Shown piece after piece: positions 9,242 to 17,888 of a stretch of 64,000 nucleotides of DNA. How positions within the stretch are numbered: the stretch's first letter is position 1; each line of letters opens with the position of its first letter. Source of the DNA: Candidatus Peregrinibacteria bacterium (lineage in GTDB: Bacteria > Patescibacteriota > Gracilibacteria > UBA1369 > UBA12473); the NCBI GenBank assembly GCA_018659585.1, contig JABJMC010000023.1, positions 5,416-69,415 of the forward strand, given 5' to 3'. A model generated the notes under the pieces. It made no database searches, was not told where the DNA came from, and saw nothing but the letters and a program-made list of their open reading frames with translations. A program made the position numbers and the translations under genes.

Positions 9242-10660
9242 ATGACACTCAAAAAAAACACCAAGATTGTTTGTACGCTCGGACCAGCTTCGGATAATCG
9301 GGATATTATTGAAAAAATGTTAAACGCGGGCATGAATGTGGCGCGGCTTAATTTTTCGCATGGTTCGTATGAACATATGGAGAAAATTTGTCGTAATTTG
9401 CGAACCGCTAGTAAACGAACCAAGCACAAAGTAGCGATTATGCAGGATCTTCAAGGACCTAAAATTAGAGTGGGCCAACTTCCCGAAGAAGGAATTATTC
9501 TAAAAAGAGCCCAAAAAATAACACTTGTAACCGGGCGCAAAACTTACAAAAACAACCAAATCCCCGTCCCCTACAAAGACCTTCACAAAGACGTTAAAAA
9601 AGGTGATTGCCTTTTGTTAGATGATGGGTATTTAGAGGTTGAAGTGACACATAAATTAGGGCACGAAATAAATTGTCGCGTCAAAACTGGCGGAGTGCTA
9701 AAAAGCAACAAGGGAATTAATTGTCCCACCGCCACAATTCGGGCCAAAGCTATCACAACCAAAGACTTAAAAGATCTTGAGTTTGGGCTTACACAAGACA
9801 TTGATTATGTTTCACTTTCGTTTGTAAAGTCTGCGCAAGACATCCAGGCCTTACGGGCCGAGTTGGTCAAACGTGGCCATCCCGAGGTGCAAATAATTGC
9901 AAAAATTGAACGACACGAAGCTATCAAAAACCTCGACGGAATTATGAAAGAAGCAGACGGGATTATGGTGGCACGCGGTGACTTAGGTTTGGAGATTCCA
10001 GCCGAAAAAGTCCCCATCGCCCAGAAAGAAATCGTTCGTTTAGGTTTAATTCACGGAAAACCGGTAATCATTGCCACTCAAATCCTGGAATCAATGATAT
10101 CTAATCCGCGCGCCACTCGCGCCGAGGTTAGTGACGCCGCAACTGCTATTTTTGATCACGCCGATGCTTTTATGCTTTCTGGTGAAACCTCGGTTGGGAA
10201 ATATCCAATTCGGGCAGTTAGCACTCTAGCCAAAGTTGCTCACGCCGTAGAAAAAGAACTTCGCAAAAAAGAACACTTAATAAACCTCCCCCACAAAGAC
10301 GAAAATGTTTATGTTAGCGATGCTATCAGTTTAAGTGCCGCCTTACTGGCTGAAGACATAAAAGCCAAAGCCATTGTGGTCATCACCAAAACTGGTTACA
10401 CAGCTCGTCAAATCATGAAACACCGACCCACTATTCCGGTGGTAGCCATCACTTACGATCCCAAAATCGAATGCCAACTCAAACTTGTTTGGGGAATTAA
10501 CAAAGTGCACATCTCTAAAAAGCACATCACCACTGACATTATGGCCGATGAAATGGTCCCCAAAATCCTTTCCAAACTAGAAGTCGCCCAAAAAGGACAT
10601 GAAGTCGTCATTGTAAACGCCGGCCGCAACAACAACTTTATCTCGACGATTGTGCTATAA
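9242..10660 (+). CDS. pyk: pyruvate kinase
   Basis: 472 aa. TKIVCTLGPAS, MNVARLNFSHG, GIMVARGDLGLEIP and MLSGETSVGKYP motifs. Confidence 0.95.
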   Translation: MTLKKNTKIVCTLGPASDNRDIIEKMLNAGMNVARLNFSHGSYEHMEKICRNLRTASKRTKHKVAIMQDLQGPKIRVGQLPEEGIILKRAQKITLVTGRKTYKNNQIPVPYKDLHKDVKKGDCLLLDDGYLEVEVTHKLGHEINCRVKTGGVLKSNKGINCPTATIRAKAITTKDLKDLEFGLTQDIDYVSLSFVKSAQDIQALRAELVKRGHPEVQIIAKIERHEAIKNLDGIMKEADGIMVARGDLGLEIPAEKVPIAQKEIVRLGLIHGKPVIIATQILESMISNPRATRAEVSDAATAIFDHADAFMLSGETSVGKYPIRAVSTLAKVAHAVEKELRKKEHLINLPHKDENVYVSDAISLSAALLAEDIKAKAIVVITKTGYTARQIMKHRPTIPVVAITYDPKIECQLKLVWGINKVHISKKHITTDIMADEMVPKILSKLEVAQKGHEVVIVNAGRNNNFISTIVL

Positions 10661-10661
10661 T
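10653..10661 (+). promoter_or_regulatory. candidate extended -10 element (TGCTATAAT) overlapping the pyk stop, 6 nt before the ruvC ATG
   Basis: TGCTATAAT at 10653-10661. The ruvC ATG at 10668 sits where a transcript from this -10 would be expected to start, which would make the mRNA leaderless. Confidence 0.3.
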
Positions 10662-10667
10662 TCCCAC

Positions 10668-11153
10668 ATGCGAATTTTAGGTATAGATCCCGGATTAGCC
10701 ACCATTGGTTTTGGAATAATTGAATCCGAAGGGCCTAATTGTCGCCCTTTAGATTTTGGCCATATTTCTACAGCCAAAACTCTTTCCAGTGCTTCTCGTT
10801 TAAATCAAATCGCTACCGACCTCGAGGAAATTTGCAAAAAATGGCAACCTGACGTTTGTGCAATTGAAGAACTTTTTTTTAGTAAAAACGTAACTACCGC
10901 TTTAAAAGTTGCCGAAGCCCGTGGGGTTATCTTGCAAACCTTAAACCGAGCAGGGTATTCTGTACACGAATACAATCCCGGACAAATCAAAATCGCAGTT
11001 ACGGGTCACGGCAAAGCCACTAAACCCGAAGTGCAAAAAATGGTCACCCTTATCCTAAAATTAAAAGAAATCCCTCGTCCGGATGACGCGGCTGATGCTC
11101 TAGCCATAGCGCTCTGCCACGCTCACACCATGATTCACGCTCCCTCCTTATGA
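10668..11153 (+). CDS. ruvC: crossover junction endodeoxyribonuclease RuvC
   Basis: MRILGIDPGLATIGFGII start and acidic catalytic residues (AIEELFF, PDDAADALAIALCH). I start at the internal ATG at 10668 rather than the track start at 10650, which would overlap pyk. Confidence 0.9.
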   Translation: MRILGIDPGLATIGFGIIESEGPNCRPLDFGHISTAKTLSSASRLNQIATDLEEICKKWQPDVCAIEELFFSKNVTTALKVAEARGVILQTLNRAGYSVHEYNPGQIKIAVTGHGKATKPEVQKMVTLILKLKEIPRPDDAADALAIALCHAHTMIHAPSL

Positions 11154-12595
11154 AAAACTTCCTTGTTGGCTTTGTTTTTTCCACTCTCCTCATGTTCACC
11201 GTGGTTTACGGCACAGTGGTCAATCCCAGTTTAATGACCAATATTTTTGATGCTTCCGAGCCACAAGAACTATCCGAACCCGTAGACAACATCACAACTA
11301 CTACCGAAGAAGTTTCCAACAACCCTTCTTATTTAGAACGCATTCAAAAAGGCGACACTTTATTTGAAGGCGGTTATTATCCCTTAGCCATTACTGAATA
11401 CGAAGTAGCCACTACCTTGGAACCAACTCTTTCCGAACCTTACTACAAACTTGGCCAAGCTTATTTTTATGATTACAGTTACGAAACCGCCCGCGAAGCC
11501 CTTGATATAGCCATTCAAAACAACGAAAACAATTTAGAAGCTCAACTTTTATTAGGAAAGGTCTACATCACTATTGAACAATTTGAAACCGCCAAAACTC
11601 ACTTTGATTCTCTTGGACGTGGCGTGGCCCGAGTTGAGTATTACCAAGGGTTAATGAATGTCTTTTTTAAAGATTATGATAACGCCGCTATTAACTTTAA
11701 CTTTGTGATTGAAAGCGGCGAGGACGGAACTTTGTCTACTCATTCCCAAACCTATCTCGCCGCCATCGAGGAAGCAGCGCTCGCCGAAGACGGCTCGCCT
11801 CTCTACCTGCAAACCCTCATTGCTCAGGGTTTTGCCGAAACCGCCGAAGTCGAACTCGCAATGGCTAGCTTATACGATGTATTGCGTGAAGAGCCCACTT
11901 ATCGTGATGCCTGGATTATTCTAGGCCACGCCTACTTAACCCAAGAACTTTATCGCGACGCCCAAGACGCCCTTTTAAAAGCCCTTGAACTAGACCCTAC
12001 TAAACCAGAAACTCGTTACTTTTTAGGTCTCTCTTATTTTGGTGAAGATGATTATGCTTCGGCGGTCACTCAACTTAAATTAGCTGTTGAAAGTGGCTAC
12101 GAACCACTGGTCCAAGCCTATCAAAAACTAGCTGATGTTGCGGTTTTAGCTGAACAATTTGACATCGCTGTCGATGCCTATGAAAACGTCCTTATTTTAA
12201 ATTCCGCTGATGTTAACTTATACATCCGTCCCATCTGGCTTTATTTAGACAAATTAGATTACGCAGACCGCGCCCAGGAACTAGCTGAACAAGCTGTCCA
12301 AGAACACACCAACACAGCTATGAGTTACAACTTATTAGGTTGGGTACAAGTCGCCCAAGAAGATTTTTCCAATGCCGAACAAAACTTAAATTACGCTCTT
12401 ATTTTAGATGCCAACTTAGCCGCCGCTTATCTTAACTTAGGTTGGCTAGAACAAAAAAGAGACAACCTTGAACAAGCCAAAGAACATTACAAACGTTGCT
12501 ATACTATTGACCCTTCTGGCTCAGTCGGCAATTTAGCCGCTAATCGTTACAACGAAATTTTAACCCAAGAAGAATCTAACCCTCCTACCTTATGA
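11150..12595 (+). CDS. membrane-anchored tetratricopeptide-repeat (TPR) protein
   Basis: 481 aa. One N-terminal hydrophobic helix, then many 34-aa A/Y/L-patterned repeats (e.g. AYLNLGWLEQKRDNLEQAKEHYKRCYTIDP). ATGA overlap with ruvC. Confidence 0.75.
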   Translation: MKNFLVGFVFSTLLMFTVVYGTVVNPSLMTNIFDASEPQELSEPVDNITTTTEEVSNNPSYLERIQKGDTLFEGGYYPLAITEYEVATTLEPTLSEPYYKLGQAYFYDYSYETAREALDIAIQNNENNLEAQLLLGKVYITIEQFETAKTHFDSLGRGVARVEYYQGLMNVFFKDYDNAAINFNFVIESGEDGTLSTHSQTYLAAIEEAALAEDGSPLYLQTLIAQGFAETAEVELAMASLYDVLREEPTYRDAWIILGHAYLTQELYRDAQDALLKALELDPTKPETRYFLGLSYFGEDDYASAVTQLKLAVESGYEPLVQAYQKLADVAVLAEQFDIAVDAYENVLILNSADVNLYIRPIWLYLDKLDYADRAQELAEQAVQEHTNTAMSYNLLGWVQVAQEDFSNAEQNLNYALILDANLAAAYLNLGWLEQKRDNLEQAKEHYKRCYTIDPSGSVGNLAANRYNEILTQEESNPPTL

Positions 12596-13350
12596 CCATC
12601 TCAATTTATATCCTACTTTTCATTTTAGGAGTTCTCTTAGGCAGCTTCTTAAGCGTGCTAATTCATCGCCTCCACACCGGCGAAAAAGGCATTATTTTGG
12701 GTTCTTCTTTTTGTCCTAAATGTAATAAAAAGTTAAGTCCCCTCGAACTCATTCCCCTCATTAGTTATCTCCTCCAAAAAGGTAAATGTAAAAAATGCAA
12801 AAAACACATTGCTTGGCACTATCCCGTTCTGGAACTTTCCACCGGTTTACTTTTTGTAGTAATAGCCATGACCGGCTTCACACCTTTGCCAATTTATCTT
12901 GGCTTTACCCTAATTTTTGTTTTTATCTTTTTTTACGACCTTCTTTATCAAGAGATCCCAGACGAAATCATGCTCCCAGCCATTATTTTGGCTGCAGTTA
13001 GCACTCTTCATCCCGAAACCATTACTTTCTTAGACGGACTTTATGGAGCCCTTGCTCTCACTCTTTTTTTCCTAGCTCAAATTATTATTTCTCGTGGAAA
13101 ATGGATTGGTGGCGGAGACTTACGCATTGGTGCTTTTATGGGTTTTGTTTTAGGCCTTAAATTGACTATTCTAGCCTCCTTTTTTGGATATCTAGTAGGC
13201 GCTATAATTAGTGTCGGCCTCCTGATAACTGGCAAAGCTGACCGCAAAACCATGATTGCTTTTGGACCTTTCTTGATTATTGGGACTTTAATCGCTCTTT
13301 TTTACGGACAACAACTCGTTGACTGGTACTTAAATCTGATTGTGTTATGA
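12592..13350 (+). CDS. pilD: prepilin peptidase (A24 family)
   Basis: 252 aa. N-terminal Cys-box (CPKCNKKL...CKKCKK), multiple TM helices and the GGGDLRIGAFMG aspartyl motif. Confidence 0.85.
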   Translation: MTISIYILLFILGVLLGSFLSVLIHRLHTGEKGIILGSSFCPKCNKKLSPLELIPLISYLLQKGKCKKCKKHIAWHYPVLELSTGLLFVVIAMTGFTPLPIYLGFTLIFVFIFFYDLLYQEIPDEIMLPAIILAAVSTLHPETITFLDGLYGALALTLFFLAQIIISRGKWIGGGDLRIGAFMGFVLGLKLTILASFFGYLVGAIISVGLLITGKADRKTMIAFGPFLIIGTLIALFYGQQLVDWYLNLIVL

Positions 13351-14888
13351 AAACTAAAAACCCTGTAATGCTCGTAATTCTTGATGGTTTTGGTGAAGGC
13401 AAACCACGCGATCCCGGCAATGCTCCAGCCCGAGCAGACATGAAATTCTACAAATCTCTTTGCAAAAAATATCCCAAAACTCTCCTAAAAACCGACAGCC
13501 AAGCCGTGGGTCTTCCCAAAAAATCACAAGGCGGCTCCGAAGTTGGCCATTTCACCATGGGCTCCGGCCGCATCACCCGACAATCTCTAGAAGAAATCAA
13601 CCGCTCCATTAAAAAAAGCGACTTCTACAAACTCAAGCCTCTAAAGCAAGCTTGTAAACGAGACGTTCTCCATTTAGTTGGCATGATCTCGGACCAAGCT
13701 CTACACGCCAATATTCAACATTTATTTGCCTTACTCGAAACCGCTAAACGCCAAAAAACTAAAAAAATCTACATCCACGCCATTTTAGATGGTCGTGATG
13801 TCCCCGAGAAAAGTGCCTCCAAATATTTAAAAATGATTGATCGCCGTATAAAAAAACTCAAACTTCAAGGTGTTGCCGAGGTAGCCACCATGATCGGCCG
13901 TTATTATGCCATGGACCGCGACCAAAACTGGAAACGCACGGAAAAAGCCTACAACCTACTTGTTCTTGGTAAAGGAGAAAAAGCCAAAACCCCACTTCAA
14001 GGAATCAAAAACGCCTACGCTACCGACGTCCAAAGCGATTATTATGTGGAACCCATTATTTTAAATTCTAAAGCCACTATCAAATCCAAAGACGCCGTGG
14101 TTTTCTTTAACTACCGTACTGACCGCGCCCGCCAATTAACTTGGGCCCTAACAGGAGAAAAACCACCCAAAGACAGTGGCGTTAAAAAACTTGGTTTCAA
14201 ACCAAAAAAGCGAGTTCGTCCCTATTTTGTAGCCATGGGCCCTTACTCCGAAAAAGCACCTGTTTTATTCCCTACTCCACTTATCAAAAAAAATCTGGCT
14301 GAAATTTTGAGCACCAAAGGCTACCGCGAACTACGCATTGCTGAAACCGAAAAATACGCACACGTCACATTCTTTTTTAACTCCCAAATCGAAAAACCAT
14401 TCCCTGGGGAAGACCACATCCTAGTTCCTTCACCCAAATGCCCTTCTTACGCCGAAAAACCCGAAATGAGCGCCCGCAAAATAACCAAGCACCTAGTAAG
14501 CGCTCTCAAAAAAGAGGACCACGATGTAATTATTGTAAACTACGCCAACGGAGATTTAGTGGGACATTCTGGAGATTTAAAAGCAGCCATTGAATGCTGC
14601 CAAGTTCTCGATGAATGTCTAGAAAAAGTCATCCCCACCGCTCTTAAGCATGGCTACACCACCATCCTTACCTCTGATCATGGCAATTGCGATGAAATGC
14701 TTTATAAAAACGGGGAGCCCAAACCATCACACACCTTAAATCCTGTCCCTTGCCTCTTGATTTCCGATCAAAAATACCGCCTCAAGAAAAAGCGCGGTCT
14801 TCAAGATATTGCCCCTACTATTCTTGAACTTCTCAAAATCAAAAAACCCGCTATTATGACGGGTGAATCCTTAATCAAAAAATCTTAA
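13347..14888 (+). CDS. gpmI: 2,3-bisphosphoglycerate-independent phosphoglycerate mutase
   Basis: 513 aa. VMLVILDGFGEG start, ANGDLVGHSG and TSDHGNCDEM metal-site motifs. Confidence 0.9.
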   Translation: MKTKNPVMLVILDGFGEGKPRDPGNAPARADMKFYKSLCKKYPKTLLKTDSQAVGLPKKSQGGSEVGHFTMGSGRITRQSLEEINRSIKKSDFYKLKPLKQACKRDVLHLVGMISDQALHANIQHLFALLETAKRQKTKKIYIHAILDGRDVPEKSASKYLKMIDRRIKKLKLQGVAEVATMIGRYYAMDRDQNWKRTEKAYNLLVLGKGEKAKTPLQGIKNAYATDVQSDYYVEPIILNSKATIKSKDAVVFFNYRTDRARQLTWALTGEKPPKDSGVKKLGFKPKKRVRPYFVAMGPYSEKAPVLFPTPLIKKNLAEILSTKGYRELRIAETEKYAHVTFFFNSQIEKPFPGEDHILVPSPKCPSYAEKPEMSARKITKHLVSALKKEDHDVIIVNYANGDLVGHSGDLKAAIECCQVLDECLEKVIPTALKHGYTTILTSDHGNCDEMLYKNGEPKPSHTLNPVPCLLISDQKYRLKKKRGLQDIAPTILELLKIKKPAIMTGESLIKKS

Positions 14889-15964
14889 TGAAAGCAGTTG
14901 TACTCGCCGGCGGATCCGGCACTCGCCTTTGGCCACTCAGTCGAACTTCTAAACCTAAACAATTTCAAAAACTAACCTCCAACAAGACCATGTTTGAGGA
15001 GGCCATGGAACGAATAAATTTTTTAAATCCTGAAGATATTTACGTAGCTACGAACAAAAAATTTGTTCAGCTTGTTAAGAAACAAGCTCCAACCATTCCA
15101 TCCGAAAACATCATCGAAGAACCAGCCCTTCGCGACACTGCTTCTTGCATTGGATTAGCCGCCGCTGTAATCGCACAAAAACATCCAGAAGAAGTTATGG
15201 CTGTAATTTATGCCGACCATCTAATCCAAGAACGTGACGAGTTTGTAGAAAAATTAAAAACAGCCGAAAAAGTCGCAAACGATCAAAAATCCCTCAACAT
15301 CATCGAGGTTAACGCTAAATTCCCCAACGTAAACTTAGGCTACGTCCAAGTTGGCGACAAAATTGATGAAGTAGATGGCTCCCCCATTCTTTCCTTTAAA
15401 AAATTCACTGAAAAACCTGATCTTGAAACTGCTAAATCCTTCCTTGAATCCGGTGATTACCTCTGGAACACGGGTTATTATGTTTGGCGCGTGGATGTAA
15501 TTTTAGAAGCTTACAAAAACCATCTCCCAGATACTTATGAACGCTTAATGCGCATTCAAGACGCAATCAACACCCCGGAATACGAAATCACCCTAAACAC
15601 CGAATATCCCGAATGCCAAAAAATCTCAATTGACTACGCCATCATGGAAAAAGTTGATCCCAGTACCGTCCGCATCATTCCAGCTGACCTGGGCTGGAGC
15701 GATATTGGAACTTGGCATTCCCTACACGAAGAGCTAACCGATTCTAAAGACGCCAACTTAACCCGCGGCCAAACTCTCGAAATCGAATCCCAAGGCTCTA
15801 TTATCTATAACGACGACCCAAACAAAACCATTGTCACCGTGGGCCTTGAAAACCTCGCCATCATTAATACTCCCGATGCACTCCTGATTGTCGACAAAAA
15901 CAAGTCCCAGGATGTTAAGAAAGCAGTGGAAAAACTAAAAGAAGAACAAGAAAACTTGCTTTAA
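14888..15964 (+). CDS. manC: mannose-1-phosphate guanylyltransferase (nucleotidyltransferase domain only)
   Basis: 358 aa. AVVLAGGSGTRLWPLSR signature. It lacks the C-terminal cupin domain found in bifunctional ManC/CpsB. Confidence 0.8.
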   Translation: MKAVVLAGGSGTRLWPLSRTSKPKQFQKLTSNKTMFEEAMERINFLNPEDIYVATNKKFVQLVKKQAPTIPSENIIEEPALRDTASCIGLAAAVIAQKHPEEVMAVIYADHLIQERDEFVEKLKTAEKVANDQKSLNIIEVNAKFPNVNLGYVQVGDKIDEVDGSPILSFKKFTEKPDLETAKSFLESGDYLWNTGYYVWRVDVILEAYKNHLPDTYERLMRIQDAINTPEYEITLNTEYPECQKISIDYAIMEKVDPSTVRIIPADLGWSDIGTWHSLHEELTDSKDANLTRGQTLEIESQGSIIYNDDPNKTIVTVGLENLAIINTPDALLIVDKNKSQDVKKAVEKLKEEQENLL

Positions 15965-17334
15965 ACCAACAACTCCCCTCCTCGCGCTCCCATAATATGG
16001 TCCACAAAATCGCGTGGATCAGGATATTCCTCTAAAAAGGCCTTAATTCGGTCTATTTTTTGCTCATCACGTCGTGTTTCATGACGCATTAATTTTTCTA
16101 ACTTATACCTTGCCTCCTCGTAAAACAAATCCTCAGCCTCAGCCCATTCAAGCCCTTGAGCATTCATAATAAAAATAATACGCTCTCTAGCATCACCTAT
16201 TATCTCTTGCTCTAACATTTTTAGTTTCATTGCCTTCATGTCACTTACTGATTGAGCTCTTACATCCCTACTCCATCTACTAACCTCCGCATCTCCCATA
16301 ATCGCCAAAGCTTTTTCTCGTAATTCCGGATCACAAATATCCTCATACCCAGTGATTCCAAACTCGGCCAAAGTTGCCAACAACTCAATCATAAAAAATT
16401 CTCGCATTAAAGGCAAAGGATCCTCTCCAACCAAGTGTCTAAATAAAAGGGCGTTAGTCCGCAAAGAAGCAATTTTATCGGCCTGAACTTCACTTTTATG
16501 CACCACTCGAGCATCATAACCATTTCCTCCTCCGTAAAACAAACCTTGAAAATGTTGAATTTCCGCAAATTCCGCTCCCCTAAATCTACTTTTTGCCTGC
16601 CATACTTCCTCCTTCCGCTCAGGATCCACACAATCTTCTGGAGACGGACACATTAACCCCTGACTAATTAAAGGATAACGCAAAGCCAATTCCGCCGGCT
16701 CATACAATGAATCATCTAAATATGATTCTATACGTCTAACCATATCTTCATCCTCCTCACCCATATGCTCCTCTAATAAATCCCTTCTTTCTTCGTTATC
16801 CCACATAACCCAGGCTCGCGCATCTTTAGTCGCAAGTGCCGCCTTTTTTCGTGAAATCAACATATTCACAAACATCAAAACTACCTCTGGTCTAAAAATC
16901 ACCCGATCCCCACACCTCTCAGTTAAAACAAAATCATTATCCGGGACAACCAATCTAGATTCATCCGCCGGATCAATAACTCCTGGAAAAAAATCATTTT
17001 CCTCCAAAAAGCCAATAGCCTCCTCTAAACTCCCAAAAGATAATCGACACAGAATTTTAGCTAATTCTACCGTATCAGTATTTAAATTTAACCGACAATT
17101 TTCACCATTTAACAAAAATTCTCGACGCTGATCTTCACCCATTTGCTCCCAATCTCTAATCATACCCATCGAATTCACTGCATCCCAAACCTCACTGCTA
17201 CTCCATCCCATTTGCTGAGCTAGCTCCTCAACCGGATCTATTTGAACTTCCTCACCAGATAACCGAGCCTCTTTTCGTAAGGCAGCACTCGAGTGTGAAA
17301 CTTCCCCATCCGGGAAATCAAATTTATCAACCAT
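15961..17334 (-). CDS. acidic hypothetical protein (457 aa)
   Basis: Long ORF with no signal peptide, no TM segment and no motif I recognise. Its stop codon interlocks with the manC stop (TTAA at 15961-15964). Confidence 0.7.
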   Translation of the reverse strand: MVDKFDFPDGEVSHSSAALRKEARLSGEEVQIDPVEELAQQMGWSSSEVWDAVNSMGMIRDWEQMGEDQRREFLLNGENCRLNLNTDTVELAKILCRLSFGSLEEAIGFLEENDFFPGVIDPADESRLVVPDNDFVLTERCGDRVIFRPEVVLMFVNMLISRKKAALATKDARAWVMWDNEERRDLLEEHMGEEDEDMVRRIESYLDDSLYEPAELALRYPLISQGLMCPSPEDCVDPERKEEVWQAKSRFRGAEFAEIQHFQGLFYGGGNGYDARVVHKSEVQADKIASLRTNALLFRHLVGEDPLPLMREFFMIELLATLAEFGITGYEDICDPELREKALAIMGDAEVSRWSRDVRAQSVSDMKAMKLKMLEQEIIGDARERIIFIMNAQGLEWAEAEDLFYEEARYKLEKLMRHETRRDEQKIDRIKAFLEEYPDPRDFVDHIMGARGGELLV

Positions 17335-17466
17335 ATTATCTTTTTTTATTTAAGGCCGCATTAATAACACCCCTCACCTCTTCCGTCAAGCCAAACTCTC
17401 CGGTGTCATCCCTTTCTTTTACCCCTGTTTTCCGTTAAAATATCGCCGTTATAAAAACCCTCCTTT

Positions 17467-17865
17467 ATGGAAACCCAAGTTAAGGTTAAACCCTGGGGCA
17501 GAGAAATTTGGTTCGCGCATAATGATAAATATGCGGGGAAAATTTTGGAACTTACCAAAGGCCATCGTTTTTCCCTTCAGTATCACGAAATCAAAGAAGA
17601 AACACAGTATCTCTATTCCGGAAAAGTCCGTTTCTCTTATGGAACCGACGAAAACAACCTAACAGACATTATTCTTTCTCCTGGCGACAAACTAGATATT
17701 ACGCCAGGCATGATTCACCGCGCTGAGGCGCTCGAAGATTCACAGATTTTCGAAGTTTCTACTCCAGAACTAGACGATGTTGTCAAAATTACTGATGACT
17801 ACGGCCGTTCTGGAAAGGGCAACGACGAAGAACTAGATCGCCAAATTGCGGACCAACAAAATTAA
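17467..17865 (+). CDS. cupin-domain protein, type II phosphomannose isomerase-like
   Basis: 132 aa. KPWGREIW...SLQYHEIKEETQYLYSG...GMIHRAE...DDYGR matches the C-terminal cupin module of bifunctional ManC. Confidence 0.75.
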   Translation: METQVKVKPWGREIWFAHNDKYAGKILELTKGHRFSLQYHEIKEETQYLYSGKVRFSYGTDENNLTDIILSPGDKLDITPGMIHRAEALEDSQIFEVSTPELDDVVKITDDYGRSGKGNDEELDRQIADQQN

Positions 17866-17888
17866 TTTCTAATCTTATCTAAACTCCC

